DNA of 64,000 bases, taken from positions 32,001 to 96,000 of the forward strand of contig JAXMNT010000026.1 of the NCBI GenBank assembly GCA_034670305.1, in the 5' to 3' direction. Position 1 is the first letter of the stretch. Each line of letters opens with the position of its first letter. The notes beneath the pieces were generated by a model that saw nothing but the letters and a program-made list of their open reading frames with translations, had not been told where the DNA came from and did not search any database. Shown in pieces: positions 1 to 8,264 of the stretch. Origin of the DNA: Deltaproteobacteria bacterium. GTDB taxonomy: Bacteria; Myxococcota_A; Polyangia; Polyangiales; Houyiibacteriaceae. A program made the translations under genes and the position numbers.

Positions 1-2
1 AG

Positions 3-731
3 CGCGCGCTGCTCTTTCCGCGCCCTCGCGTGGCCGTTGCCGCGCCGCCACCGAACACCGAGGACTTCGAAGCGTGGTGGATCGAATCCCCGGAGGGACC
101 GGTCGAAGCGTGGTTCTTGCGCGGCCGGAACGTCACCGGCCCAAGCCCCGTCGTCCTGTTCACCCACGGCAACGGAGAGCTCATCGACTTCTGGCGGGAC
201 GAGATGAACCCGTGGCTCGACATGGGCGTCAGCGTCGTGCTCGCGGAGTACCGCGGCTACGGACGCAGCGCCGGCAGCCCGAGCGAAGCCCACATCGCAG
301 CGGATCTTCGGCTGCTGCACGCGAAGATGGTCGCCCACCCCCTCATCGACCCGGCGCGCATCGTCTACCACGGGCGTTCGCTTGGCGGCGGCGCCGTCGG
401 CACGCTCCTGCGTTCCCACGCGCCGCGCGCGTTGATTCTCGAGTCCACCTTCACCAGCGTCACCGATCTGGTGGCGGCGATGCGGCTTCCGCGATCGCTG
501 ATGGTCGACCGCTTCGAGACCCTGCCCGCCCTCGCGGAGTACAACGGCCCGCTGCTCGTCGTGCACGGCGAACACGACCGCGTGATCCCCGTCGCGCATG
601 GACGACGCCTCGCGCAAGCCAGGCCCGGATCCGAACTCCTGCTCTACGACTGCGGCCACAACGACCTCCCCCACGACGCCCGCTACTGGCAAACGATGCG
701 CACGTTCCTCGAACGCGCGAACGTGCTGTAG
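3..731 (+). CDS. Alpha/beta hydrolase (ABHD17/BEM46-like); 5' end lies outside the window
   Basis: Motifs HGNGE, EYRGYG, GRSLGG (nucleophile elbow), HGEHDRVIP and GHND. The frame is open back to the window edge (..RALLFPRPR..). Confidence 0.9.
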   Translation, partial: RALLFPRPRVAVAAPPPNTEDFEAWWIESPEGPVEAWFLRGRNVTGPSPVVLFTHGNGELIDFWRDEMNPWLDMGVSVVLAEYRGYGRSAGSPSEAHIAADLRLLHAKMVAHPLIDPARIVYHGRSLGGGAVGTLLRSHAPRALILESTFTSVTDLVAAMRLPRSLMVDRFETLPALAEYNGPLLVVHGEHDRVIPVAHGRRLAQARPGSELLLYDCGHNDLPHDARYWQTMRTFLERANVL

Positions 732-763
732 CAACGCCGCCAGCTTCGGCTCCATCACACGAA

Positions 764-790
764 AGCGGAGCGCCCAACGGACGCTCCGCT
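764..790. terminator. Hairpin between convergent genes, possible terminator
   Basis: AGCGGAGCG (764-772) and CGCTCCGCT (782-790) form a 9-bp inverted repeat; there is no strong U-tract. Confidence 0.4.
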
Positions 791-803
791 CAGCTTCGCC
801 AAG

Positions 804-1115
804 CTATCCGCGACTAAGCTTGAACAACATCGCGCAGACGTGGTCCGCCAGGTCGTAGACCTCGTCGCTCGCCTCCACGTACCCCATCACGCCTGCGACC
901 TGCAGAGCCGCCTTCACTTCGCGGGCCTCGCCAAGAGCTCGAGAAAAGCCGTCCGGGTTCCGCCCCCCGCGCGCGCTCCGCGACTCGGCGATCAAGAGCG
1001 GGACCGCCTGCGCGGCGCGCCGGAGTTGCGACTTGAGACTCGCCTCGCGAATGCGAGGCAGAACCTCGCGAACCAGCGTAGAAAGCAGAAGCAGCGACTT
1101 GTCGAATACCAGCAT
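804..1115 (-). CDS. Four-helix-bundle protein (23S rRNA intervening-sequence protein / bAvd-like family)
   Basis: 103 aa with the family signature L-x2-QLRRAA-x-(S/A)V-x-L-x-IAE...F-x2-A-x-G-x-A-x-E...GY. GGGAGG RBS precedes the ATG. Confidence 0.8.
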   Translation of the reverse strand: MLVFDKSLLLLSTLVREVLPRIREASLKSQLRRAAQAVPLLIAESRSARGGRNPDGFSRALGEAREVKAALQVAGVMGYVEASDEVYDLADHVCAMLFKLSRG

Positions 1116-1158
1116 GTTGACCTCCCGGTCGTTGTGCGCCGAGCGTGAACTCGCCCGA

Positions 1159-1270
1159 GGGCGCGCAGCGCCCCCCAGCGGTCTGGGCGGTGCCGGGTCA
1201 AGGACGAGCGAAGCGAAGCCAGCGAAGCTGGGGCCGAAGGCCTCCTTTACGCGGTGCCGCCCAGACCGCT
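1159..1270. other. Branched stem-loop element upstream of the four-helix-bundle gene
   Basis: Perfect 14-bp IR AGCGGTCTGGGCGG (1177-1190) / CCGCCCAGACCGCT (1257-1270), extendable inward with mismatches. It encloses GCGAAGC, CCAGC-GAA-GCTGG (1219-1231) and GGCC-GAA-GGCC (1232-1242). GGGCGC-GCA-GCGCCC lies at 1159-1173. Confidence 0.75.
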
Positions 1271-1340
1271 ACGGTCGGACAACCCACGGGCCAGCCAAAC
1301 CCTCCCGAGAAGGGGGCGGAAGCTACGGGGTGCGTCGCTG

Positions 1341-1422
1341 TCGGCATCGGCATCGGCCGGCATCGGCTTCGGTATCGGCTTCGGCTTCGGCGTCGGCTTC
1401 GCCGTCGGCGTCGGCGTCGGCT
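1341..1422 (+). repeat. Degenerate hexamer array (TCGGCN)n, about 13 units (array A)
   Basis: tcggca tcggca ... tcggct tcggcg read directly. Confidence 0.9.
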
Positions 1423-1476
1423 CGGGAAGTCTGCTCGAGCACGCAACCGGCGGCCCACGGTTTCGAGGAGGGACCC

Positions 1477-2139
1477 ATGCACTCCCTCTCCCCCTGGGCG
1501 ACCTCGGTCGCCTGTCTTCTTCTCTGGGTGGCCTCCGCGTGTCCTTCGCCGGCCGCCGCTCAGTCCCGCTGGAACACGCCGGTGCTCGAAGGGCACATCG
1601 AGGAGCACGCGCCCCGGCGCGACGAACTCGGCTACTTCCGCGTCCCGCGCCTCGAGATCGCCGCCGACGGGGGCGGGTCGCTCGGCGACGCCGCGCTCGA
1701 CCGGTTCCACGCGGTCGGCACACTCCGCCTGCACGTGCCGCTCGGCGCCGCGGTCGTCGTGGGCGGGGAGGCGCGAAGCGGCGTGCTGTTCTTCCCACGC
1801 GACCTGTCGGACTTGAACGACGAACTCGAGTTCACCCGCCGCACCGACGTGGCGTTCTTCGCTCGGCTCCGCGCCACGTTCGCACGCACGACGATCTTCG
1901 TCGGCGGCGACTTCGGCTGGTCGCGCGTGGCTCCGGAGGATCAGTCTGCCGGGAGTGCGCGCGATGGTCTCGTCGCCGGACCTCAGGTGGGTGTGGAGGT
2001 CGGCACCTTCGTTCGGACTTCTCTGACGGCCAGCTGGCGCGTCTATCGATACGGCGAAGCCGACCTCGACGGCAGCCGCGGGCACTCGGAGTTCTCGTTC
2101 GGCCTGGGGTTGCAGATCCCGATCTGGAGGGTCCGATGA
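1477..2139 (+). CDS. Secreted, probable outer-membrane beta-barrel protein
   Basis: GAGGAGG RBS, signal peptide ending AAAQ, alternating amphipathic beta-strands, C-terminal [12 protein letters not shown]. Confidence 0.6.
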   Translation: MHSLSPWATSVACLLLWVASACPSPAAAQSRWNTPVLEGHIEEHAPRRDELGYFRVPRLEIAADGGGSLGDAALDRFHAVGTLRLHVPLGAAVVVGGEARSGVLFFPRDLSDLNDELEFTRRTDVAFFARLRATFARTTIFVGGDFGWSRVAPEDQSAGSARDGLVAGPQVGVEVGTFVRTSLTASWRVYRYGEADLDGSRGHSEFSFGLGLQIPIWRVR

Positions 2140-2924
2140 ACCGCGCCCGTCCACTCTGCGTGTGGTTGGCGCTGTTGCTGGTCGGATGCATCCGGGGCGA
2201 AACGCTTCGTCCGGTCCACGACGTGCGCACGCACCTGGCCAGCGAGTTCGACTGCGACCTCTCCGAGATCGACGTCTCGCCCCTCGGCCTGCCCTTCTTC
2301 GAGGATCCCTTCTTCACCGATCACGCGCACTACCGGGCGCGCGGTTGCGGACATGTCGTGGACTTCGAGTGCCCGGCGTTCGGCGCGTCGCAACCGTGCG
2401 TCCCCGTGCATCCCTACGAGACGGCCCACGCCTCGACGCCCCAAGCCACGGTGCGCTGGCTCAGCAATTACCCCGCCGCACACACGTACGCCGCACGCGA
2501 AGAGATCCACGTCGGCAACCAGGGACGGATCGTACGCGCCGTCCGCCAGGGCGAACACGCGCTGGGCATCTCGGTCGCCGCCGAACCCGCGGTGTGGCGC
2601 GTTCAGGCGGCGCAGATCGGGCTGCGGTCGGAGCAGTACACCTACCGCTCGCAGGAATCGTGTGGAAGCAACTGCACCCGGACCATCACGGGCGTCGGGT
2701 ACCGCAGCGTCAAGGTGCTCGAACATCCGTGCCACCTCGAGTTCCAGTTCCGCCCGAGCCCCGGGGGCTCGTACCGGATTGGTTTTGCCCACGCACCGCG
2801 CGGCCAGACCGCGGTGCAAGCACCGGTCGGGGTCACGGGACCAACCGCTGCGTGCGAGGTCGCCTGCGTGCGCGACGACGGGGGCGTCGACCGTGCGTGC
2901 GAAGGCTTCCAGCCGCTCCGCTGA
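2136..2924 (+). CDS. Cys-rich lipoprotein, hypothetical
   Basis: ATGA overlap with the upstream gene, lipobox LVGC, and motifs A-S-x-F-D-C and Y-x-A-x-GCG. Confidence 0.7.
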   Translation: MNRARPLCVWLALLLVGCIRGETLRPVHDVRTHLASEFDCDLSEIDVSPLGLPFFEDPFFTDHAHYRARGCGHVVDFECPAFGASQPCVPVHPYETAHASTPQATVRWLSNYPAAHTYAAREEIHVGNQGRIVRAVRQGEHALGISVAAEPAVWRVQAAQIGLRSEQYTYRSQESCGSNCTRTITGVGYRSVKVLEHPCHLEFQFRPSPGGSYRIGFAHAPRGQTAVQAPVGVTGPTAACEVACVRDDGGVDRACEGFQPLR

Positions 2925-2952
2925 GCCGCGCGTAGCGGTCCCGGTGACATGC

Positions 2953-2992
2953 CTCGCTCGCTTCGCTCGACTTCGCCGTGTCGGCCGACACG
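2953..2992 (-). repeat. REP-like element copy with an overlapping 16-bp palindrome
   Basis: Reverse complement of 2953-2984 matches 4000-4031 at 28/32 nt. CGTGTCGGCCGACACG (2977-2992) is a perfect palindrome. Confidence 0.7.
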
Positions 2993-3086
2993 CCGGTCTG
3001 ACTTTTTTGTCGTGACCCCCGTCCCACCCTGACAACGCATTCGAAGCACTCGGGTTCGAAGCGACTGGCTCAAGACAGGGGACGGC

Positions 3087-3638
3087 ATGCAGAAGTGGAT
3101 CGGGATCGGGTTGGCGTTGGCGATGACGATGGGGCTCGGCGCAGGCGCCGATGCCCAACGCGGACAGCGCGGGCAGCGCGGACAACGCGGATACGTGCAA
3201 CAGGGCGCTCACGGCCACGGGCACGCCCATCGCCGGCGCGGACGCGGACACCGACCGCGAGGGCACCACCGAGCGGCGCCCAACTGCCGCGCGACCCTCG
3301 TCCAGGTCGGCCACCACCCCGTCAACGCAGGCTACTGCGAGCGAGCCGAACCCTACTGCGCCGACGCGCTGCTCCGCGCCGGCCACCACCCCGTCAACCT
3401 CGGCTACTGCGCCAACGTCGAACCCGTCTGCGCGTCGTCTCTCCTGCAGGCCGGCCACCACCCCGTGAACCTTGGCTACTGCAGCAGCACCCGCGCCGAA
3501 CCCTACTGCGCCCAGGCCCTCCTCCAAGCCGGCCACCACCCCGTCAACCTCGGCTACTGCGCCAACGTGGAACCCAACTGCGCCGTCTCCGTCCTCCAAA
3601 GCGGCCGCCACCCCGTCAACCTCGGCTACTGCCGCTGA
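3087..3638 (+). CDS. Secreted protein with five C-x3[14 protein letters not shown] repeats
   Basis: Signal peptide (..AGADA/Q), QRG repeats and a His/Arg-rich linker, then five repeats starting at 3309, 3381, 3453, 3531 and 3603. Confidence 0.8.
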   Translation: MQKWIGIGLALAMTMGLGAGADAQRGQRGQRGQRGYVQQGAHGHGHAHRRRGRGHRPRGHHRAAPNCRATLVQVGHHPVNAGYCERAEPYCADALLRAGHHPVNLGYCANVEPVCASSLLQAGHHPVNLGYCSSTRAEPYCAQALLQAGHHPVNLGYCANVEPNCAVSVLQSGRHPVNLGYCR

Positions 3639-3641
3639 CAC

Positions 3642-3874
3642 CACCGGCACCGGCACCGGCACCGGCACCGACGGCCTCGGCCTCGGCATCGGCATCGGCA
3701 TCGGCTTCGGCATCGGCTTCGCCATCGGCATCGGCATCGGCTTCGGCATCGGCTTCGGCATCGGAGTCGGCTTCGGCATCGGCTTCGGCATCGGCATCGG
3801 CATCGGCATCGGCTTCGGCATCGGCATCGGCTTCGGAGTCGGCCTCGGCTTCGGCTTCGGAGTCGGCCTCGGCC
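3642..3874 (+). repeat. Degenerate hexamer array: (CACCGG) x about 5, then (TCGGCN) x about 34 (array B)
   Basis: Begins 3 nt after the TGA of the upstream gene; 6-nt period read directly. Confidence 0.95.
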
Positions 3875-4213
3875 GCCAGTCCCGCGAAGCGAGCCAGGCC
3901 CGAACAGCGCCCACGAGTCAGGCGACTCGCTGACGTGCACCTGCGCAGCCCGCAGGGCGAGCAACTGGTGCACTCCCCAAGTGATCCCAGAGCGCCGAAC
4001 CGACACGGTGCAGCCGAGCGAAGCGAGCCAGCCGTGTCCCCGGGACGGGGTTTGGGGGCCGTGCCCCCAAGCAAGCAAAAGGAGCGCCTGGACGCGCGCA
4101 GCCGCCAAGCGTCCCAATTGCTTCTTCATCGCACACGCTGAAGGCGGCGAGCACGTGCAGGCAGCGACGGGCGCGAATTAGGGCCGCCAGTCCCGCGAAG
4201 CGGGCCAGGCCCG
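3871..4213. mobile_element. Putative non-autonomous structured element bounded by 32-bp direct repeats
   Basis: GGCCGCCAGTCCCGCGAAGCG(A/G)GCCAGGCCCG occurs at 3871-3902 and 4182-4213 (31/32 identical). The interior is packed with hairpins and has no credible ORF. Confidence 0.45.
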
Positions 4214-4244
4214 TAGTGTTAATGAATGAAGTGTACACTCAGGC

Positions 4245-5057
4245 ATGCGGGTCGCCTGGGGCACCGACATTCACCTCAACTTCGTCGGCGCCGATGGCGC
4301 GCGCCTCTATGGACAGCAGGTGGCGCGGACCCGGCCGGACGCGTTCATCGTCAGCGGCGACATCGCCGAAGCCACGAACCTCACGCCGTTGCTCCGCACG
4401 ATGGCCGAGGGCGCCCGCCTCCCGTGCGACTTCGTGCTCGGCAACCACGACTTCTACCGGAGCGACATCGACACGGTGCGCGCCGAGATGACCGCGCTCT
4501 CTGCATCCATCGGCTCGTACCTCTCGGTCCAGCCGGCCCGCGAGCTGATGGATGGCGTCGCGATCACGGGCGTCGACGGATGGGGCGATGCACGTCTCGG
4601 CAACCCCGAGGGCACGGACGTGCGCCTGAACGACTTCTTGATGATCCGCGATCTCGCGACGCCGGATTGGAGCGAGCTGCTCGCCCGCTTGCGTCGGCTC
4701 GGAGATCAGGAAGCTGCGCTCGCACAGACCCGGCTCGACGAGGCCTTTCAACTGGCCAAGCACGTGCTCTTCGTGACCCATGTGCCGCCGTTTCGCGCCG
4801 CGTGCTGGCACGACGGCGAGGTCTCGAACGACGCGTGGTTGCCCTTCTTCACCTGCGACGCGGTGGGCAAGGTGTTGCGCCACGCAGCCCGCGAGAATCC
4901 CGACCGGCACATCACGGTGCTCTGTGGGCACACCCACAGCGCAGGCGAAGTCCACGTCGGACCGAACCTGCACGTCTTCACCGGACGCGCCGACTACGGC
5001 ACGCCGGCGTTCGACCTGCTCGAAGTCAGCGCGACCGGCGTCGGCTTCGCCGACTGA
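4245..5057 (+). CDS. Calcineurin-like metallophosphoesterase (CpdA/Icc-like)
   Basis: Motifs TDIH, SGDI, GNHD, THVPP and GHTH. Confidence 0.9.
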   Translation: MRVAWGTDIHLNFVGADGARLYGQQVARTRPDAFIVSGDIAEATNLTPLLRTMAEGARLPCDFVLGNHDFYRSDIDTVRAEMTALSASIGSYLSVQPARELMDGVAITGVDGWGDARLGNPEGTDVRLNDFLMIRDLATPDWSELLARLRRLGDQEAALAQTRLDEAFQLAKHVLFVTHVPPFRAACWHDGEVSNDAWLPFFTCDAVGKVLRHAARENPDRHITVLCGHTHSAGEVHVGPNLHVFTGRADYGTPAFDLLEVSATGVGFAD

Positions 5058-6585
5058 GTCCGACGCACACCACGCCGAACCACGCCCACGCTGCGCCCTG
5101 CGTACCTCCGGCGGAACAACCACCGACCACGAGGCCGCCCGTCGGGGTCATCGCGGAAGCGTCGCCACCGGTCGGTCCGGCGTCTGCACTCGGGCCGGCG
5201 TCACTGCCCGGTCCCGCGTCTCGCGCACCGGCGTCCACGCCGCACGCGTCGACACCATCGCAGTTCTGGTCGATGCCGTCGCCGCACATGTCCGCTGCGC
5301 CCGGGTAGATGGTCGCGTCGGTGTCGTCGCAGTCCACGCTCGTGTTGTGTCCATCCCCGTCCGCGTCGGCCGGTCCGCCGGGATCGCATTCGCCCGCCGC
5401 ACAGCCCGCGCACGCCTCGCGTTCCACCGCGCCGCCGCTGCAGCGCACCCGCTCGGCGCCCTCGCAGGTCCAGTCCGCGCCGATGTCCGCCGGGCAGCGC
5501 CCCGCCACCGTCGTGATCCGGATCTGGAGCAAGTCGTCCGCGGGACCGCCGCTGTCGGAGAACCACGCGACGCCTTCTTCGACCAGGTTGAAGAACTGCG
5601 GGTAGTCGCCAGGCGCGTCGGGCGCGCGCACGGTGAAGGAGAACCGGCCGACTTCGCCCGGCGGGGTGTTGGCGTCGGGTCCGGTGACCCGGTGACCACC
5701 GAGCCAGTCGCTGCCCTGCATGGGGCTCGTGGCGTCGCGCGGGTTGCTGGTGCCGAGTCGGGTGTTGCTCGTCCAGGTCTCCGATCCGGTGTTGCGCAGA
5801 TCGATGTGCCCGGTGACCACTTCTCCCGGCGCGAGCTCGAACGGTGCGCTCGCGAGCGGGAAGGTCTGGTCGACATACTGTGCGCGGTACGCCGGCGGGC
5901 CGACGAGCTCCTGGTACGACTCGACGAGCGACATGTACGTGGGCGCGTAGACCGTGCCGACGCCGGAGACGTTCATCCGGATGTTGAAGTGCAGGTGGAT
6001 GGTGGTGGAGGTGCCGCCGAAGTCGTTGCTCACGAGACCGAGGCGCTGACCGCGCGTGACCCGCTGTCCGCGCGTCACGGCCAAGCGGCGACTGTTCATG
6101 TGCAGGTAGTCGTAGCGGCGTCCGTCGTCGCCGGTCACGTAGACCGAGTAGCTGCCGATGTTGGTGACCGTGCCGGGCGCGCCGGCGACCACCCAGTGCA
6201 CGCTGTCGGTGCACGTCGCGGGGCGGATGTCTTGGCCCTGATGGCCCTGTCCACTCGGGCACAGCGGCATGTCCCAGCTGCGGCTCTCGCAGTAGTTGTC
6301 GTACCAGGGGTAGCTGTAGTTCCGGGTGTCGCACTGGCCGCCGCTCGGACCCATGTAGCCGCCCGGGCCGTAGATCTGCGAGTTCGCGTAGGCCGGCCCG
6401 GCTTCCATCGGAAAGCGCATGCCGGGTGCGTACACTCGGGCGTCCACTCGGCCGGCACCGGCGCGTGGTGCACCGCCACCCGCACTCATCAGGGTGCCAG
6501 CAGGCTCCCATCGGAACTGGGCCTCGGCAGGCGCCGCCAGAGACGCCGCCGCCACCGCCATCACACCGAGCAGCGCGCGGTTCAC
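5026..6585 (-). CDS. Secreted M23 peptidase with an Ig-like (NBR1/FW-type) domain, MopE-related metal-binding motif and MYXO-CTERM-like tail
   Basis: Signal peptide; HQGQD, YLHM and HLHF; LRNTGSETW; DADGDG..DCDD..IYPGA..CGDGIDQNCDG; C-terminal GGCS + hydrophobic segment + RRSRRR. The GTG start overlaps the upstream stop. Confidence 0.85.
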   Translation of the reverse strand: MNRALLGVMAVAAASLAAPAEAQFRWEPAGTLMSAGGGAPRAGAGRVDARVYAPGMRFPMEAGPAYANSQIYGPGGYMGPSGGQCDTRNYSYPWYDNYCESRSWDMPLCPSGQGHQGQDIRPATCTDSVHWVVAGAPGTVTNIGSYSVYVTGDDGRRYDYLHMNSRRLAVTRGQRVTRGQRLGLVSNDFGGTSTTIHLHFNIRMNVSGVGTVYAPTYMSLVESYQELVGPPAYRAQYVDQTFPLASAPFELAPGEVVTGHIDLRNTGSETWTSNTRLGTSNPRDATSPMQGSDWLGGHRVTGPDANTPPGEVGRFSFTVRAPDAPGDYPQFFNLVEEGVAWFSDSGGPADDLLQIRITTVAGRCPADIGADWTCEGAERVRCSGGAVEREACAGCAAGECDPGGPADADGDGHNTSVDCDDTDATIYPGAADMCGDGIDQNCDGVDACGVDAGARDAGPGSDAGPSADAGPTGGDASAMTPTGGLVVGGCSAGGTQGAAWAWFGVVCVGLSRRSRRRSR

Positions 6586-7109
6586 TGGCGCACCTCGGTC
6601 AGCTCGTCCGCCAGATCCAGCGCCCAAAACGGGTCCGTGCAACGACGGTCGGTGAACGCGTCGTAGCACTCGACCTCGAGCGAGAACGCGACCCCGTCTT
6701 CGGTCCACGTGACGGCGCGGATCTGTTCGTTGAGGGTGGTGCGCGCCGGTTGCCCGCGGACTTCTTCGAACGCAGGCACGATGCGCTCGAGTTCCTGCGG
6801 CGAGAGCTCAGCGTGCACGTTGTCGGTCGCGTGGAGCGACACGGTCAGGCCGTCTTCGTGCCAGCTGATGGCGTACCAGCGCGGACCGCTCGTGACGAAC
6901 GACTCGGCCGCGAACCGCTCCGGCAGCACGAGCACCCGCGCCATCGGCGCGCCTTCGAGCGCGGTCCGAGACTGAGAGGACAGCCCGAGCACCTCGGGCG
7001 CGGGCGTCACGGCCCCGAGCGGCTGAGAGACCGAACCCTCCGGGGCTCCCTCACACGCCACCGCCGTCAGCAGCAACGCACTCCACACACACCATTTCCA
7101 GCAAACCAT
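6582..7109 (-). CDS. Lipoprotein, hypothetical, translationally coupled to the M23 peptidase
   Basis: Lipobox AVAC, C-terminal FSLEVEC..DRRC motif, GTGA overlap. Confidence 0.7.
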   Translation of the reverse strand: MVCWKWCVWSALLLTAVACEGAPEGSVSQPLGAVTPAPEVLGLSSQSRTALEGAPMARVLVLPERFAAESFVTSGPRWYAISWHEDGLTVSLHATDNVHAELSPQELERIVPAFEEVRGQPARTTLNEQIRAVTWTEDGVAFSLEVECYDAFTDRRCTDPFWALDLADELTEVRQ

Positions 7110-7259
7110 GGGCGGAACATCGCAATCTCCACGCCAGGTTCTAGTGAGCTGGAATCATTGATGTTTTTGGCGCGCCCGACCGGCTGCGTCAGGGATCGAG
7201 CCGCGATGTCACGGGCCGGCGTTCAGAAGCTGAGCGGAGGCGGCCGCGCTCGTTTGCGT

Positions 7260-8222
7260 TCAGCAGCAGCCGTCGCCGGGGTAGTGCCAGGTCGACGCGG
7301 TGACGTGGACGTCGGGCATCGGGGTCAGGGCCGCGGCGGTCTTGTCGCAGATGCCGAGCGGCACGTCGCGCAAGAGGAAGTGGCCCTTGCCGTCGTCGAA
7401 GTGCGGCGCCGCGCCGGTGTAGATCGCGACCCGGCCGGTGAAGATGCAGGCTCCGTCGTCCGGGATCGGATCGGCGAACGCGGCCACCTCCACGCTCTCG
7501 AGCCAGAGGTCTTCGTCGAGGCCGTGGCGCGCTTTGTCGAGCATGCGGTAAGGGCGCTTGGATCGCACTTCGACCGTCCCGAAACCAGCGTCGACGATGC
7601 GCGCGAGGTAGTCCTCGAGCGGGAGCGCGCCCGAGAGGCACCACGCACGCAGCTTCGGATCGGACGCGAGGTGCGCGGGCATGGGGCGCGTCGAGACCGG
7701 GTCGCTGAGCACGAGCGCGCCGTGCGGACGCAAGACACGCCGGGTCTCCGAGAGCGCCCTCTGGAGGTCGTCTGGTTCGAAGATGTTGAAGAGGCAGTTC
7801 TGCGCGACCAGATCGACCGACGCGTCGTCGAGCGGCAGCGCCAGCGCGTCGCCTTCACGAAGGTCGACGAACGAAGGGTCGAACCAGTCGTTCACCTTGG
7901 CCGCTTCTTCCAGAAGGGCGCGGGCCACATCGAGCATGGCGACGTTCGTGTCGAGGGCGATCACCGCGCCCGGCCGGCGCAAGAACCAGGCGAGCTGCAG
8001 CGCTTCCATGCCCGCGCCGACCCCGATGTACGCAACCTGGTTCACCCGATCGAGATCGCGCGGGTTCACCGTGCTGCCGCACCCGTAGTTCCGCTCGAGC
8101 ATGGCGTGCGGGACGACGAGCCCCGGCAACTTCCAGACGGGCGACTGAGTACAACACAAGGCCGCGTTGGGCGTCGCCGCCGCATCCGCATACACCTCTT
8201 CGACGACGTCACGATAGTCCAC
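7260..8222 (-). CDS. arsM: Arsenite S-adenosylmethionine methyltransferase (arsenosugar-type ArsM)
   Basis: LCC, NYGCGSTV, YIGVGAG (SAM site), QNCLFNI, CLSGAL and C-terminal GCC. Confidence 0.8.
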   Translation of the reverse strand: MDYRDVVEEVYADAAATPNAALCCTQSPVWKLPGLVVPHAMLERNYGCGSTVNPRDLDRVNQVAYIGVGAGMEALQLAWFLRRPGAVIALDTNVAMLDVARALLEEAAKVNDWFDPSFVDLREGDALALPLDDASVDLVAQNCLFNIFEPDDLQRALSETRRVLRPHGALVLSDPVSTRPMPAHLASDPKLRAWCLSGALPLEDYLARIVDAGFGTVEVRSKRPYRMLDKARHGLDEDLWLESVEVAAFADPIPDDGACIFTGRVAIYTGAAPHFDDGKGHFLLRDVPLGICDKTAAALTPMPDVHVTASTWHYPGDGCC

Positions 8223-8264
8223 ACCCCACCCTACGCCCCCCACCCGTCGGCGTTAGCCGACAGG

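Noticed and set aside
3309-3632. Five 30-bp direct repeats with 42-48 bp spacers, resembling a CRISPR array
   Set aside because: All periods are multiples of 3, the spacers resemble one another, the region lies in frame in a signal-peptide ORF, and there are no cas genes. It is a protein repeat.
2043-4141. Long ORFs with (KP/MP)n, (AS)n, (GI/GF)n and (RC/RS)n dipeptide runs (also at 8209-9156 and 23587-24607)
   Set aside because: These are artefacts of stop-free hexamer arrays read in several frames; they have no RBS and overlap better-supported genes.
804-4213. Complete diversity-generating retroelement around the Avd-like gene
   Set aside because: There is no reverse transcriptase and no template/variable repeat pair differing at adenines in the window.
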